64,000 nt of DNA, from assembly GCA_040954595.2 (NCBI GenBank), contig CM082579.2:4515227-4579226 (forward strand). Reading direction: 5' to 3'. Each line of letters begins with the position of its first letter. Position 1 is the first letter of the stretch. The DNA is from Balanoglossus misakiensis (taxonomy: Eukaryota > Animalia > Hemichordata). Of this stretch, positions 26,901 to 40,176 are shown piece by piece. Under the pieces are notes generated by a model that was not told the DNA's origin, ran no database searches, and saw nothing but the letters and a program-made list of their open reading frames with translations. A program made the translations under genes and the position numbers.

Positions 26901-27583
26901 TAAGAAACACCCCTGTATTTGATGTGTCTCTCTCCTTTCTTCTCCACTGCTTTCAGTTTACAAGAAACATATGAGCACAAGCGTTCAGCTCACTTGCAGC
27001 AACTGCAACAGAAGGAAGACGAGATGAGACAGTCGTTTGTTGTCAGAGTCAAAGAAAAGGAAGCAGAACTGAAAATGTCAGAGAAGGAGGTAATGCCATG
27101 GGTTTTTATAGTCTCTGTTCCAGTGTCAAATGCACCATTGATCAATGGCCACAGTCCTTCCTGTATAGTTTGTTTTCTCTTCTCCGGCATTGTATGTATT
27201 ACTAGGGGCAACGTGCAGTCCTCAGAAGGCCTAGCTCATTTGTTAGTTAACTTCATATGAAGGAAGTAAAGCAAATAAGCCTGGAACACTTTTACTCAGT
27301 ACAACACATAACACAAATACATGACAGCATGTTTCAGCTACTGCCCCTTTGAACTTTGACCTTACATATCCATTACAATCTCTGCACACAGCTACACGAG
27401 AAATTCGACGTCCTCAAGAAGCAGCACTCAGAGGACAAGAAGAAGATGGAAGAGAAGAAGAGGATGCTGGAGGAGGAGATCAACCTCTTCAACAAGAAGA
27501 AACTGGCCGCTCAGCAGGCGCAGCAGGCGGCCGAGGAGGCAGCCGCCCACGCCTCGCAGACCATCAAGGGAAAGAAAAAGTAA
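23962..27583 (+). CDS. SEPT11: Septin, SEPT6/8/10/11 group (Drosophila Sep2-like), 10 core exons
   Basis: Exons 23962-23988, 25063-25177, 25297-25410, 25559-25640, 25763-26021, 26142-26231, 26361-26457, 26624-26792, 26957-27089, 27392-27583, all GT-AG and in phase. Motifs [31 protein letters not shown] (G1), DTVGFGDQ (G3), IAKAD (G4), [16 protein letters not shown]-terminal coiled coil. The symbol denotes the group, not one-to-one orthology. Confidence 0.95.
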
Positions 27584-27642
27584 ATGTGTTAACTCTCCGT
27601 AGATTCATGTAAGCAATGTATGCTACCAAATGCTCACTGCAG

Positions 27643-27901
27643 GTTTGCCTACAGATCTTGCTGATGGAATGAACAAGTTTGGCTTTCCCGGTAACTGGCG
27701 ATACCCCCCACCAAATATACTACAAAAATTCACCATTGTCCCCCCCCCCTAAAATCAACATCCTACAGTTAGACCTACTTGTTAGTATTATGACATTGAA
27801 ATCATGTACTTCAAAAACTGAAATCTTAGAGAGGCTTTGAAATGTAGCGATCGGTTACTGGGAAAGTCACAAACTATGCGTCAGTTCTACCTGTAGGCAA
27901 C
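27643..27901 (+). other. Predicted long RNA stem-loop downstream of the septin stop/alternative donor
   Basis: 27645-27654 pairs with 27891-27900 (10 bp, perfect); 27661-27666 with 27879-27884; 27681-27697 with 27852-27868 (17 bp including three G-U). Confidence 0.6.
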
Positions 27902-28140
27902 ATCGTGTATGTTGCTGTATATCGCAATAGGTGTCCCCTTATTTTATTCGCATAGTAATGACCGACGTTCCCTTCAACGATGGGTTTTGCATGCCAGTGT
28001 CATATTCACTCATCTCATGCACGCGTGCATGCACAGTAAACCTCTCGATACAAAAAGCTGTAATGTGTGCTACTCTTATCATGTGTTATTATTTTTATAT
28101 TTGTATTATTATTTTTTTCTTCAGTTTCATTTTTGCATAG

Positions 28141-30902
28141 AAAGAAGCTCAAGTATTCTGTGTGTCACTGCCTGACAATAAAAAAAAATGTTCCCCCCTT
28201 TTTGGGGTTAAGCACACTGGTATGTAAGCTTTACGTGTTTGTATGGTCAGCTGGGATTAAAGAAAAAAAAAAACGCATACTGCCTTCAAAAAAAAGATTT
28301 GATTTCAGTTTTGCTGTTGTTTTATTCCACATTTCTCGACCAACTTGCACCCACTTGCCGTGGAGAACAAAAAAAACGAACAAATTTAGAAGGTGCTAAT
28401 CCTGTGTTTTTGTGTCCTTTAATACCCAATGCAGTTGCGATTACCGCTATTTGTGGTGAGACCCCCTTTTTTTAACCCAGTTGAGTGAAGAAATCCCAGA
28501 GTTGACCCACCCCAAGGGCACTGCAGCGGTCGACAGCTGTATTTACCCGTAGAGTTAGAATAGCACACGAACCGAGATTGAGGAAGAGCGAGGGCTTGCC
28601 CAGTCTGTGTCTTGAACCACCCAAGTTTGCACGCACACGTTAATTTAACACCAGAGTTACTACATGCATTATTTACAACACTTGCTGACTGCGTCTTTAC
28701 ATCTCTCTGTAGACTCAAACACTCGCGCAGTTGCAGCACGTTTTCCTCGCTGCTGACTGCGGTCGTAAAGTCGGTGCTCTGTACTGCATGGCGGCAAGTA
28801 GAGTTAGAACGCTGGGAGTGAGAAAAATAAAAAAGCGCAAGCCAGACACGCCCAGTTCTGACCGCATTTCTGTATGTTCGTTCGTAGCGGTTTCTGCTTT
28901 GGATGCGCTGTCTACGGCATCTGGAATGGCACATGACCAAGACAGTGATCACGGAAGACGTCCTGTGTCTGTGTATATAACAAACTTCTCATTCTGTCTT
29001 CTTTAACTCCTTTGACACTCTTCTTGCAACATTTATTTGTAAAAAAAACAATAATCATTAAACGCATGAGTGCAGTTCCCACAAGTAAAATCTTACCAAT
29101 TGTAACAGTCTTGAAACTTAACTTTTCTCTAATCACTGCTAAATATAACCTCTAGTACTAGTAACAAAAGCCTCACATTGAACTCTGTGTCGGCTTGGCT
29201 CTGATAACAAAGTTTTTTCTCTGATTAATACATTTGTACTCAATGTAGCGCTTTTATCATTGTCATCTGTGTATACATATATCTGTGTGCCGCGCATTCA
29301 TGACCATGCATGCTAGCAGTCACGTCACCCCTTGACACAGTAACTGGGGAGCGGTCACTAGGTCAAGGCCACTAAATCACAGATTAAATGCACACACAAA
29401 AAGAGGTGGAAACTTGATAAAGCACGCAAGTCCCTCAGCTGGAGGAGTGCGCAAACAAAAGTTGAGGTTTGCACACACAAAAAAGGCCAGGTGCAAGTGT
29501 TCTTGCCCAGGTGCAAGTGTTGATTACGACTATTGAGTGATATAAATAAACTTATGTATACACAGTGTATATCTGGGTTTAAAGGACATGCAATCACACA
29601 TTTGGCAGACAGAAGACTAGAGCTTTGTATGTGTACTTAAAGTTGGTCAAATATTATGTTTTACTAATTATTCAGTTATCCATTTCAAATGGAGTACTAA
29701 CAGTTGAGATAGAACAAAATATACTTATTTAGCAAGATTTAAAGAAATAACTTTTTTTAATATTATCTATGCAACGTATAGGCATAGAATTTATATTATA
29801 ATTTGTAAATGGTGACTTTGTTCACTAAATAATCAGGAATTTAACGCTCAATTTTGTATGTTATTTTTTGTATTAATACTGTATTAAATAATGATTTTTT
29901 TTGCTATGCTGCAAATGATTTTTTGGGGAAAATACATTTTATATCAGAGCTATTCCATCTGCGTTATCAATCAATCATTCCAATCACACACCTCTGTGTA
30001 ATGTGTTACATTGCCACTGCAGGAAGAGAAAGCAAAAAAGAACGGGAACAGAAAATGTGGGGATGAGATGTGAGATCCAGCAGTATGCTTTTCTCAGCAT
30101 TGTATGAATTTCACCGTGTGTCGTTTTTAGGGCGTCTCTTTCACGCTTGCATGTTGGGAGAGAGGGAGTGGATTTTAAAGCTTTTGTTTCTCACTTTCTA
30201 CTTCCATATAGCATTTGGTAACATTACACTTGGCTTGTAGATTGCGTCATGTTTTTTTTAACCACTCTGAGGTTTGGTAGCTTTTCTGCTAGACGAATCT
30301 GATATCTGAACCCTGTGAGTTTTTCGAAAAAGTTTGGAGTGCAGATCAAAGATTTTTCAACTATAACATGTGGGCCTTCGGTTTATTAAATGCCAAAATC
30401 TGGCAGTCATGCATGCATGTGTGTGTGTGTTCAGTCACCCCCACTTGTCAATTCTGATTTGTCTTCACAGAAGCTTGCATAGGAAAACCTGGAAAGAAAT
30501 TTTTGGCAGGTGACTCTGCCTTCGATCGTCACTGGAGGCTAAACAAAACAACCAAAAACAGGGGGAAACAGGTGTCAGAATCGTCTTGCATACTCGCCCA
30601 AAAAATGAACAAATTCCATTCTTTCTTGTTCAACATAAATATGTAGTCTTTTAACCCAGTGAAACATGCATTGTTTTAGGTACCATTGGTTATGACATGT
30701 ATGGAATGCAGAAAAGTCTTCTCACCCACTTCAAAACTTGGTCGAAAACTTCAGCTTAGCAGTCAACAGAAAGTTCCCCAGGGGGATAAATGAACTCTTA
30801 AGCAGGAAAAAGAACAAGTGAGGCCTTTTTCTGTCTTTCTCTTACTTCTTGTGATTTTGATCATCCAGTTTAAACCTTAGTCTTTCATCATCATTAGAAT
30901 GA
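28141..30902 (+). CDS. Candidate alternative C-terminal septin exons (28141-28152, 30023-30082, 30471-30509/30513, 30869-30902)
   Basis: Each has an AG acceptor, most with a clear pyrimidine tract, and all are compatible with the phase-2 donor AA|gtaaat that overlaps the 27581-27583 stop. No transcript evidence available. Confidence 0.4.
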
Positions 30903-33900
30903 TTGTCATAGGGACTTGCAACTGAGAGTGGAACTTAGAGATGATAGCTAAGGGTTGAATCAACATGAAATCACTGTGTTAGAGGGGAATTGTGTGTAAA
31001 TTTACAAAAAAAACATTGTATGTTAGCTCAACTTTCTGACTTGCAAACATCATGCATAGTAAGTTCTCTTGACTAAAAAATTTGAGACTAAAAATTTTTA
31101 TGTTTGATACAACTGAGACAATCACAAATGACAACCGAATTTAGATACAGATTGGCCAGTGACTCAAGATTTTGTAGAAGGTGACTGATGATTGGAGTGT
31201 GCCTTCATGTCAGTGTTGCACCATCCAATCAGAGCAATTGTTCTTAAATCCCCTCAACCCCTTACCAGGTTCGCATCAGCATTAAGAATACTTTGAGATC
31301 CTTTAGACAACCTGACCATAAGAAATGTATTTTTATATTCTTTGATATTTGCTCTTATATACAAAGCTTCCTGTAACTGTTTTATATTAGTCCCTTAGTA
31401 AATTATTGTTTCATGTATTTTCAATATTGTGATATTATGAATGACTAAACACCATTCCATGTAGCGTTCTCTGTTTATTTCTTAATTATTTTCTTCATAC
31501 TTGTAGATACCTTTAAACATAATATGTTACACAGTAGAGTATGAGTTTGATGTAACTGTATGGTCCATTTATGGCGTAGACCTCAACTCTCTATAATAAA
31601 CATACAGTGAAACTTAGATCTGACTTGAAGTTTGTTTTGTTTTGAATGTGTAATGGGTGTTAAATCAAGATTGTGTGAAAGTATTTGTGGTGGTCACTGG
31701 TCAGTGCTGTCATAGTTATTCGAGCAGTACCTTGGACCAACTGATATCGGTACACCAGCCCTCTAGAGGCCGTTTCAGTCCACTGTCAGACAAGAACTGA
31801 AGTCTGCAGCATGCTCACTGAAGTGTACCTGTCGTTATTTATCATCACATTGTGCCGTCTTACTCACATTGTGTTTGGTATGCTTCATGTTTCTTGTAGA
31901 GGCCGCGCTGGTTCAATGTTTTTAAAGTGATGTTGCCATTGGCCCTAACTTGAATCCTTGGCTACCGGGCAAAATTATCACTAAACCATGGTATAGTAAC
32001 TGGGACCTTCATACAGACAATTGTATATTGAAATTGGGGTTTTATTTAAACATCCACAAAACTAAAACAGTCACTGAGGTTAACTCAGGCAAAAAACATA
32101 CAACATTTAAATAACTTTAAGGATACGAGAGTGAAGTACACTTTTTTGATGAAGTGTCAATGGTGCAGCTGCTCTACCCCAGTGAGTGGAATGGACTATG
32201 CCCAGTTTTCCTTATATATGGATATGGCGCACTCTTGGGCCATTCCACTGCAATCCAGGTGTAAGCAGAAATTTTTGTGTGGTTTCATCAGTTTGGTATC
32301 ATAGTACTGAGATGGCAATAATGCCTATGACAAAATCGTAATAAATGTCACACTTCTGTGATCAGTGTCAAACTTCTTCAAACAGTTCTGACTTTTAAAT
32401 AATGTCTTTGACGACGTCACATCTTATTTCTGTGGTCATTAGCGATGTCTATTTTGACTAGAATTATTCTGCAAAATAAAAACACTGGCAAAAATCCTCA
32501 GTGTATGAAAGATGTACTTTGTAAATAGTTGCTTTATGACAATTCAGACATTAAAGGAAAGTGGATGAATCGAAAAATGCTTCTAGATTCCACCCAAGAG
32601 AACTCTTTTTTTCTCTCGAAAACAAACTATCTGATTTCAGTCGAACTGGCACAGTTGATCATCAATATGGCCTTTCAAGTGCCACAAAGTCACATGCCAG
32701 TCAAGCCAGTAAGTTTTGTTTTTTGTATTTTCTTGTCCTCAGTCAACAAATCACGTTCCCTGCATAGATCTTTGAATTGGGCTTCTCAATTCCCTGAGTG
32801 GCCTTTCTGTACAAAACGCCACAATTTGTAAACTACCCGATAGTTGTTAATGTCTGTAAAATTAACAAAACCAAAAAAATGGGAACCAAGTTTCCAAGAC
32901 AGCGCGCGCAACAGAATATGCCCAATGCAGATAAGAAACACATCCACCAGTTCTGGACAAAATGCATGATGATGATGTAGGACGACATAAGATAAAATAC
33001 AGACTATAAAAGACTAACGCTCAGTAAGACTTATTACATACTTGTTATAAATTACTCTGTACTTTGGGAAATGAAGACGAACTCAGCAGATAAAAAGGAT
33101 GTACATTTCAGAAAAGGAACGTGCGCTTACATAGACTTAAAAAGTGCAGTGTCTTTTATTTTAAAAACACAACATTTATTGCTTTCAGTAACTGAGACCA
33201 TGCACAATGATTTCACCATTGGATATTAATTAAAGTAAAAAGGATTATTTGCGGTTGGATGATGTGATAGAACTCACACAAGAAAGTTGCTGAACAGGGG
33301 TGGAGGTGGGGGGGGGGAGGGGGTAACGTACAGTACCACAACAAAGCCAGCTGCTAAAGGATGCCTGAAAATCAACAAGCCTCTCACCAAGAACACTGCT
33401 CCTAAACACTATAGGTGAATTGCCGGACACTTAATGCCGGTGCAAAACTAACACAAAGGTCACTCTCATGGAATGTGTACACAGTCACCCCAAACTCTAG
33501 CATCTCATACCACTCCCATCCCACAACTAAAAATCTCTACCGTTCCCACCCTCCTTCCAAAAGAAATGGACTCACCCACTCACAACTCGCGCCCCACCTA
33601 ACACGGCAGGATCCACTTTGCAATGAGGTAATAGGTTAACATTTGCTCGTTAAAAATGAAAACAATGGCAGGGTTAGTCCCTCACTGCTTCAAGCTCTGC
33701 CCATAAAAACAAAACCTGCGCTCTTACTTACAGCAACACCGTTAAAATTACTTATGTGAAAAGTTAAAACATGAAAAAAAAAATTCACAAAACTGTTTTA
33801 TCACAAAATAATACTGGTTTCCTTTTTTTTCTTACATTTTATATACATTGAATAAATTATCCACGAGGCACCATATTTACAACTTTATACACAACAAACA

Positions 33901-34004
33901 CAAAAAGGCAAGAAGTTGTAAGATACTTTACACATGCACTAAAAATATTCAGGGAAATTCCTAATGGTGTGTGCTCTACTGCGACACATCATCAAACAAA
34001 CCAG

Positions 34005-34087
34005 TTTGATGTTCACATAAATTATTCGTACATTTCGCACAAATACTTTTGATGTTTACATAAATTATTTGTACATTTTGCACAAAT
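34005..34087. repeat. ~43-bp tandem duplication in the cyclin I 3'UTR
   Basis: tttgatgtt.acataaattatt.gtacattt.gcacaaat begins at 34005 and 34048. Confidence 0.75.
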
Positions 34088-34645
34088 TTTTTTTTTGTAC
34101 TCTTTTTTCATATTTCTTATTTTTTTGTCTTTTTTTATTATCTTATTTTTTTGCTTTCTTACTTTTCACGTTTTTGTCACTTCTTTTTCTTTTTTCTTGT
34201 TTTCTGAAATCTAATTCTGCTAGAGCTAATGCCAAAGGCAGCTGCAAGGAATATGTATGTTTGCACATTGTTGGGGCTGGTTTCTATGCTAGAAACCTAC
34301 CCTACAAAGCTAAAACAGAGAAATAAAATTCAAAACAAATTAACTTACATCATTCTTCACCAGGGCACCTATTCTAAATAACTGCATTCCCTTTTTTGCA
34401 AGAATTGGACTAAAACACAATCACCACCAGATATCGCTAGTATAAAATAAGTCAGAGCTTGTAATTCTCGTGTGATTTGCAGTTTGAATTAATTTGCCAT
34501 CTTAGTGTACCCATCACAAATTGCCGGACCGTGAGTGAGTTGGCCAGCAATCTATACCCCACACCACCAAAATACCATGCTAAAGAAAAACACTAATAAG
34601 TTTTATGAAAAGAAGTATGATAACACTAATACTACAACAACGCTG

Positions 34646-37600
34646 TTAACTAGCTTCTACTATTTGCAAGGGGGGACACGTTGCCGGGCCGACGCACTCC
34701 TCATCTTGTCGGTGCTGATGGCTGCACGACACGGGTGTGGAGGGCGCCGACACCATGGCGACGTCCTGATTGTTGTCGTCGTTGTTGTTGTAGAGGCGTT
34801 TTATGCTATCATATATCTCATCCACCTCGATCTGCTCCACTTTGCGCTTGGTGGGTTTCTTGGCCCGGTGCTTGTGGTGGTACTGAGTTGCGTGGTACGC
34901 CGAACCGAAGCTCGACCCTTTGGTCTTCTTCTGCTGCTGTTTCTCAATCATGTAGACGGTGTTGGCGGCCGGGTGACCCATCAGGACGCTGATTATGGTT
35001 TCCCGACAGTGGATCACCTGCTCGTTGTCAGCCTGTGAATGGATAAGAAGAAAAACATGATTTTTGTTTTACAGTACTTTGCACTTGATAACTCTAGCTT
35101 GACAGTGCAGTATTCATACTTTAAATATCAAAGAGGAACAAAACCAGACAATTCTAAAACTGACACCGTACCTGAATAACACGCTGCATCATGATTGTAA
35201 CAGCCAGCCAGTCCGGTACCAGAACTTCCAGCTCCAAGCTCAGCAGAGCCAGGGCCAAGACCGAGCCAGGAAACGCCGCCAATCTGTGGCTCCCCACGCA
35301 CTGCTGCAGACGTCCGGTCAGGACAGAGCGATGGCGAGAAGGGTTCATCTGTCCGAGGCCGGCCAGCAGACGCGGACAGCCGCACACCATCAGGGCATGA
35401 AACTGAAATTACATACAAAGAAATAATGAATTAATAAACTGTAGGAAATTTAGCATGTCACCAGCACTTAGCACTACAAAATAAAGATCTGACTCCACAG
35501 AAAATAGAACAACAATCAAAGAGAAAATGTTTTTTTTTAATATCCTGTCAAACATTAAACATGCATCACAGAACGATTTAAGCCATTACGATAGTAAACT
35601 CACAATATGAAGGAAGTCCAACGCAGTGGCAAAATTAACGTTCCATTGTAGTTTGTCCAGAATGATACGCTCCATGCGAAGAACATCAGCCACACTACAA
35701 CCACATTCGCTGATTTCTATCAGATCCTGGGTTGTAGGAATAACCTGGAATCAACAAGAGTACGGAGGTTGTTGAAATTAAACACAGAAAAAAAACATCG
35801 TAATAATAACTACATGTAATATGAAATCCCATCTGATCACACACACACCAATAGTGGCATTTTTTTATTTCAATGCCACGTGTTGAGTTCTAAACATCTA
35901 TATGATATGATTTACAGCTTTGTCATGAAAATATCAGTCACAATGAAAACTGCAAACGGCAGCTATTTTTTTACGACAACCCACCAGTTTCAATATTTTA
36001 ACATTTTAAATTAATCCCCCCCCCCCTCAAGGTCTACAGAACACATCAATTTCTAATAATCGGCTTCTCTCCCACTCTAATTGGAATGTTCTATTTTGTG
36101 AATGGGGTGGTACGGTCAATAATCGAGGGGCAGATTATGTCCAGAAGAAAAAAAATCCATCAAATTGCACTCACTTCATCTTCTTCCTTCATTTTCATGC
36201 CGAGAAAGAAACAACTCACAGCAATGCACTTCAGATATTTTGGCCGAGCCTGAAAGCGAAAAATACAAACGCAAATTTGTCAGATAACACTAGTACATTA
36301 GTGTTGTTGTTCAAAATGTTACCATGGTTCTCCAGTCACATCACCTGGGTTTCCCCCTCCCGGTTTGTCAATGCAGTCGTATTAATCATAATGTTTAGCA
36401 AAAGTGTTACCATGGCTTCCAAATCATTTTACTAATGTTCCGCAACCTTGGCAAACACAGTGACAACCGCATTAGTATTGTACATGTAAAAATTACACCT
36501 GCACATGTTTCTCAGTGGATCTGTTTGTCGTCAAGCACGTCTGTTGCCAATAAAACAACAGCTGTTATGGGATTGAGATTACAGTGTGACCAATACTTTT
36601 CCATATAGATATTTCATCCCCCACTTCCATCCTTTCTATGCTTCAATAACCCCATCCTCAAAGGCCAACTAAATTAAATGTTGGCTGTGATCATTTCAAG
36701 ATTAATTGGCACTATGTACTGGTACCTATACAATTAATATGCTTTATTCATCAAGACTACTATGTCATTATCATCTGAACAAAGATGCAGGTACATGCAA
36801 ATTAATGAGGGGGCCAAGCTAAATATAGAGAAGTATGGTATAATGCCACAGTAGAGAGATGAATGAAATTGGTCTGTGGGCACTTCCTGGGTCAGTTTGG
36901 GCAAGTACAAACATGAAGGTTCTAGAAACGTAGTGGCAGATTTGAGGTTAGATTTCAAAGTACACACAAAGGATCTCTTTCTGTAAAAGAACCGCACTAT
37001 TGTCTGGCGTTTAGCTCTTTTTGTTTGTATGGGAAGATTCTGCCAAGTCAAATGTTTTGCTAGTAACACTACCCAGATATTTTTATTCTGAGCCAAAGAC
37101 TGTTTTCTTATGTCCTAAACAGATGTGAAAGGGGTATCAGACATTTGACATTTAATCTTATTGAATACCCTATCTTAACTTTTATGCGAAATGTAACAAT
37201 TAAATCTTTCAGGGTAGCTCTAAACATCACGTCATGTCCACCAGACCATTTGCAATCCAATTTATCAATCGGACACCCACACCCAGTTGCCACTGTGGGC
37301 CAGGTACATTCCTGTTTTTTCTCACAAGTTACATCAGAATCTGGCATCACGCAGACTCACACTATAATTAGGTTATGATCGCATTCACATGTTATTGATT
37401 TACATTTCTCTGGTTGTCACCCTCCTGGTTGTCACCTGGTAACACAATGTACACTCCAAGTTATGCCATGGGGTACGCACATGTAACCTTACTGATCACG
37501 AAATGAACATGTATTCATTCCACTCCCTATTCCTGATATGAACGCCAGAGATCTCATTGTGTGTTCAGACTGCTGCCATCAAAACAACACCCATACACCA

Positions 37601-40145
37601 AAATGTTGGAAATGCAAAAAAAATTATACTATTATCTGGGTATTTTAATCAAAGTTTTATTTTTTTGATCTTAGGTGTGCTATAGGATGAACTATCACCT
37701 ATAAATGTTATCCTATCCAACTGCATGCCGTACACACTGTTACTGGTACTCTGTTTATACCTTGAACAAACTCACAATCCATGCAGGCATATCAATATTC
37801 CAGAATGTTCCATTTGACTCTCTGACCTTGAAGGAGGGAAGTCAATATCAGCTCTGGTAAACTTTGACCAGTGCTAGTACATGTTATAAATGAACTCAAT
37901 TTTTAATTTTATTTCTGGAGGGATGCAATGCCTACATGTACTACTCTCACTATTTTTAGATACTGATGACTCATCTACACACAGGTAAATGAAATTGCAG
38001 CAATATGTCCAGAGTTGAAAAGGCTCATGTTCAAAATTTATGGCAAATTCACTATGTTTGTAATGTAATTAACATCAGATTGTATTAGAGAAATGCATAA
38101 AATCTACAATTTATTGATAGAGATGCTGCCAATAATCCTGCATGCTCCATTAGACTTTACAGTTTTGAAAATAAACAATCATCAAACTGATAAAATTAAT
38201 CTGCAATATCTGATCTGTACTCTGTACTCAAGATCTGTGCATATACAAAGACCCAGTGCATATACATGTAGCAAATACAGCTTGCATTTAGGCAAACAAG
38301 AGCAACGATTCATATGCAAAATGCACCGGACAATATACATGTACACACAGTCACTGCTTATAATAAAGTACAGTCAATCAATACGTGGACAGGAAGCCAT
38401 CTTTGTTCTCAATCGGCGACAATAACAACTAGTTGGATATACGATCAATGCAGTACATGTCCAGAAAACCCCATAAAAAGGCAATTCCTCAAGATAGTGA
38501 TGACTTATTTCCTCTATAACAAGAGAAACTCATGTTCACAGCTACCCATTGACTGGAAAACGCCCACAAAATTCAACGCTACACACTGGAAATAGCACAG
38601 ACACCCAATACAATGAAATCCACTGACTCAAAAGGGGCCTGATAATTAGTTACACAGATCTGGTAGTTTTGCTTTGTCTTGGGGTCAAGCTGCAGATTCA
38701 CCCCCCCCCCCCCCCCCCCATAACAGTCATTTACATATTCATTAACCAGGTGTGTTTCCCAGTGGGTCCAAAGGGTAGCAGAAAAGTTTGAAATTACTGC
38801 AACTTTTGGCAGAAAAATAACCAATGAAAGCTGAAACTGCTTTTAAATTAACAAATTAAAATGAGAAACAGAGAGGCGGCAGCAATACTCACCTTCACAG
38901 CAGCGAGAAAGTTATCCAAGATGGCGGTGCTGAGTATGAATGTCTCTGGGCTAAATCCAAACTTGAAATTCAATTCACACAGCCATCTTGTAACTTGGTC
39001 TCGTTGACCTGGTCCGATCTCAGCATCCTAGGAGGGAAACGACAAAAACATTTCAGTTTAATAGTTGTCATTAAAAAACGCAGTAGTTTATTCACATCTC
39101 AGTTTGTTTATTTTACTAATATATAACTCTGTGATATTTTTTCAGTGCACTTCTCATACCAGAAATAGCCATATGTCAATGAGTAACCAGCCCAACCCCA
39201 ATCCTGGCCCACCCATACAAAAGGTATGAAACTGTTGCTTGCTAATAAAATCCCATTTTCCCCCTAACCAGAAACTGAAACAAGCAACACCCTGTGACCG
39301 TTGCACGCAATTAAGTCATAAACCAAGGGGGTTGTATGCCAATTGTGACTTCATACTTGCATTGACCTGCTTTCTCATTATTAGGCCCACTGCTAAAAGT
39401 GTCAACTTAAACTAGGTCAGCGTCGGGTAGGGCCAGCCTAACATTAGGACCCTAGATACTAAAAAAAACAACAGGTATGTCATTGTACAAGCCTTGAAAT
39501 ACGATGCTGCCCCAGACACCTTTCCATGTTTTGGAAAGACTTGGAACTATAGTATATATGCACTTGAGTGATGAGATTGTTTGCAACCCTGACAAAGTCA
39601 AAGGACAGAGCAAACGCGCAGCTTATTTTTTTCTTCCACTCTTTCTCACTGGGCGAGTCCGAAATCAAGCCCAGGGGCAATTATATAACTGAACACTATT
39701 CACCGTGCCCAGTGTTGCATTCAAACTACAACAATGGATCTCTTTGAGTGGAACTTCAGCTGGACACATACTCATTACCGTCAGGTCATTCTGATCCTGA
39801 ATAATGTACGGTACATGTATCTGGACTGAACATCTACAATAGTTGTGCATAATTTATACTTCTTAAGACACAGTTCACCAAACCAGATTTTGTACACATC
39901 ACGTTGCGTGTGGCACCAGAGTTACAACGATTTATTCATTTTTCAATCACACCCACCACCAAATCCCCCATCACAAACAGCTGTCAACAAAACCAATCCC
40001 CATTGTTTAACAGATTTCATTGACTCGGTAATTAGGGCACAAGCCAAGCAGGCTTGTGCCCTATTGGTATTACTGGGGTTTTTCATCTTTTTTAGGGCAC
40101 AAGCCAAGCAGGCTTGTGCCCTATTGGTATTACTGGGGTTTTTCA

Positions 40146-40176
<31 letters not shown>

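Noticed and set aside
29478-29521. 15-bp direct repeat ccaggtgcaagtgtt x2
   Set aside because: Short local duplication with no other supporting structure.
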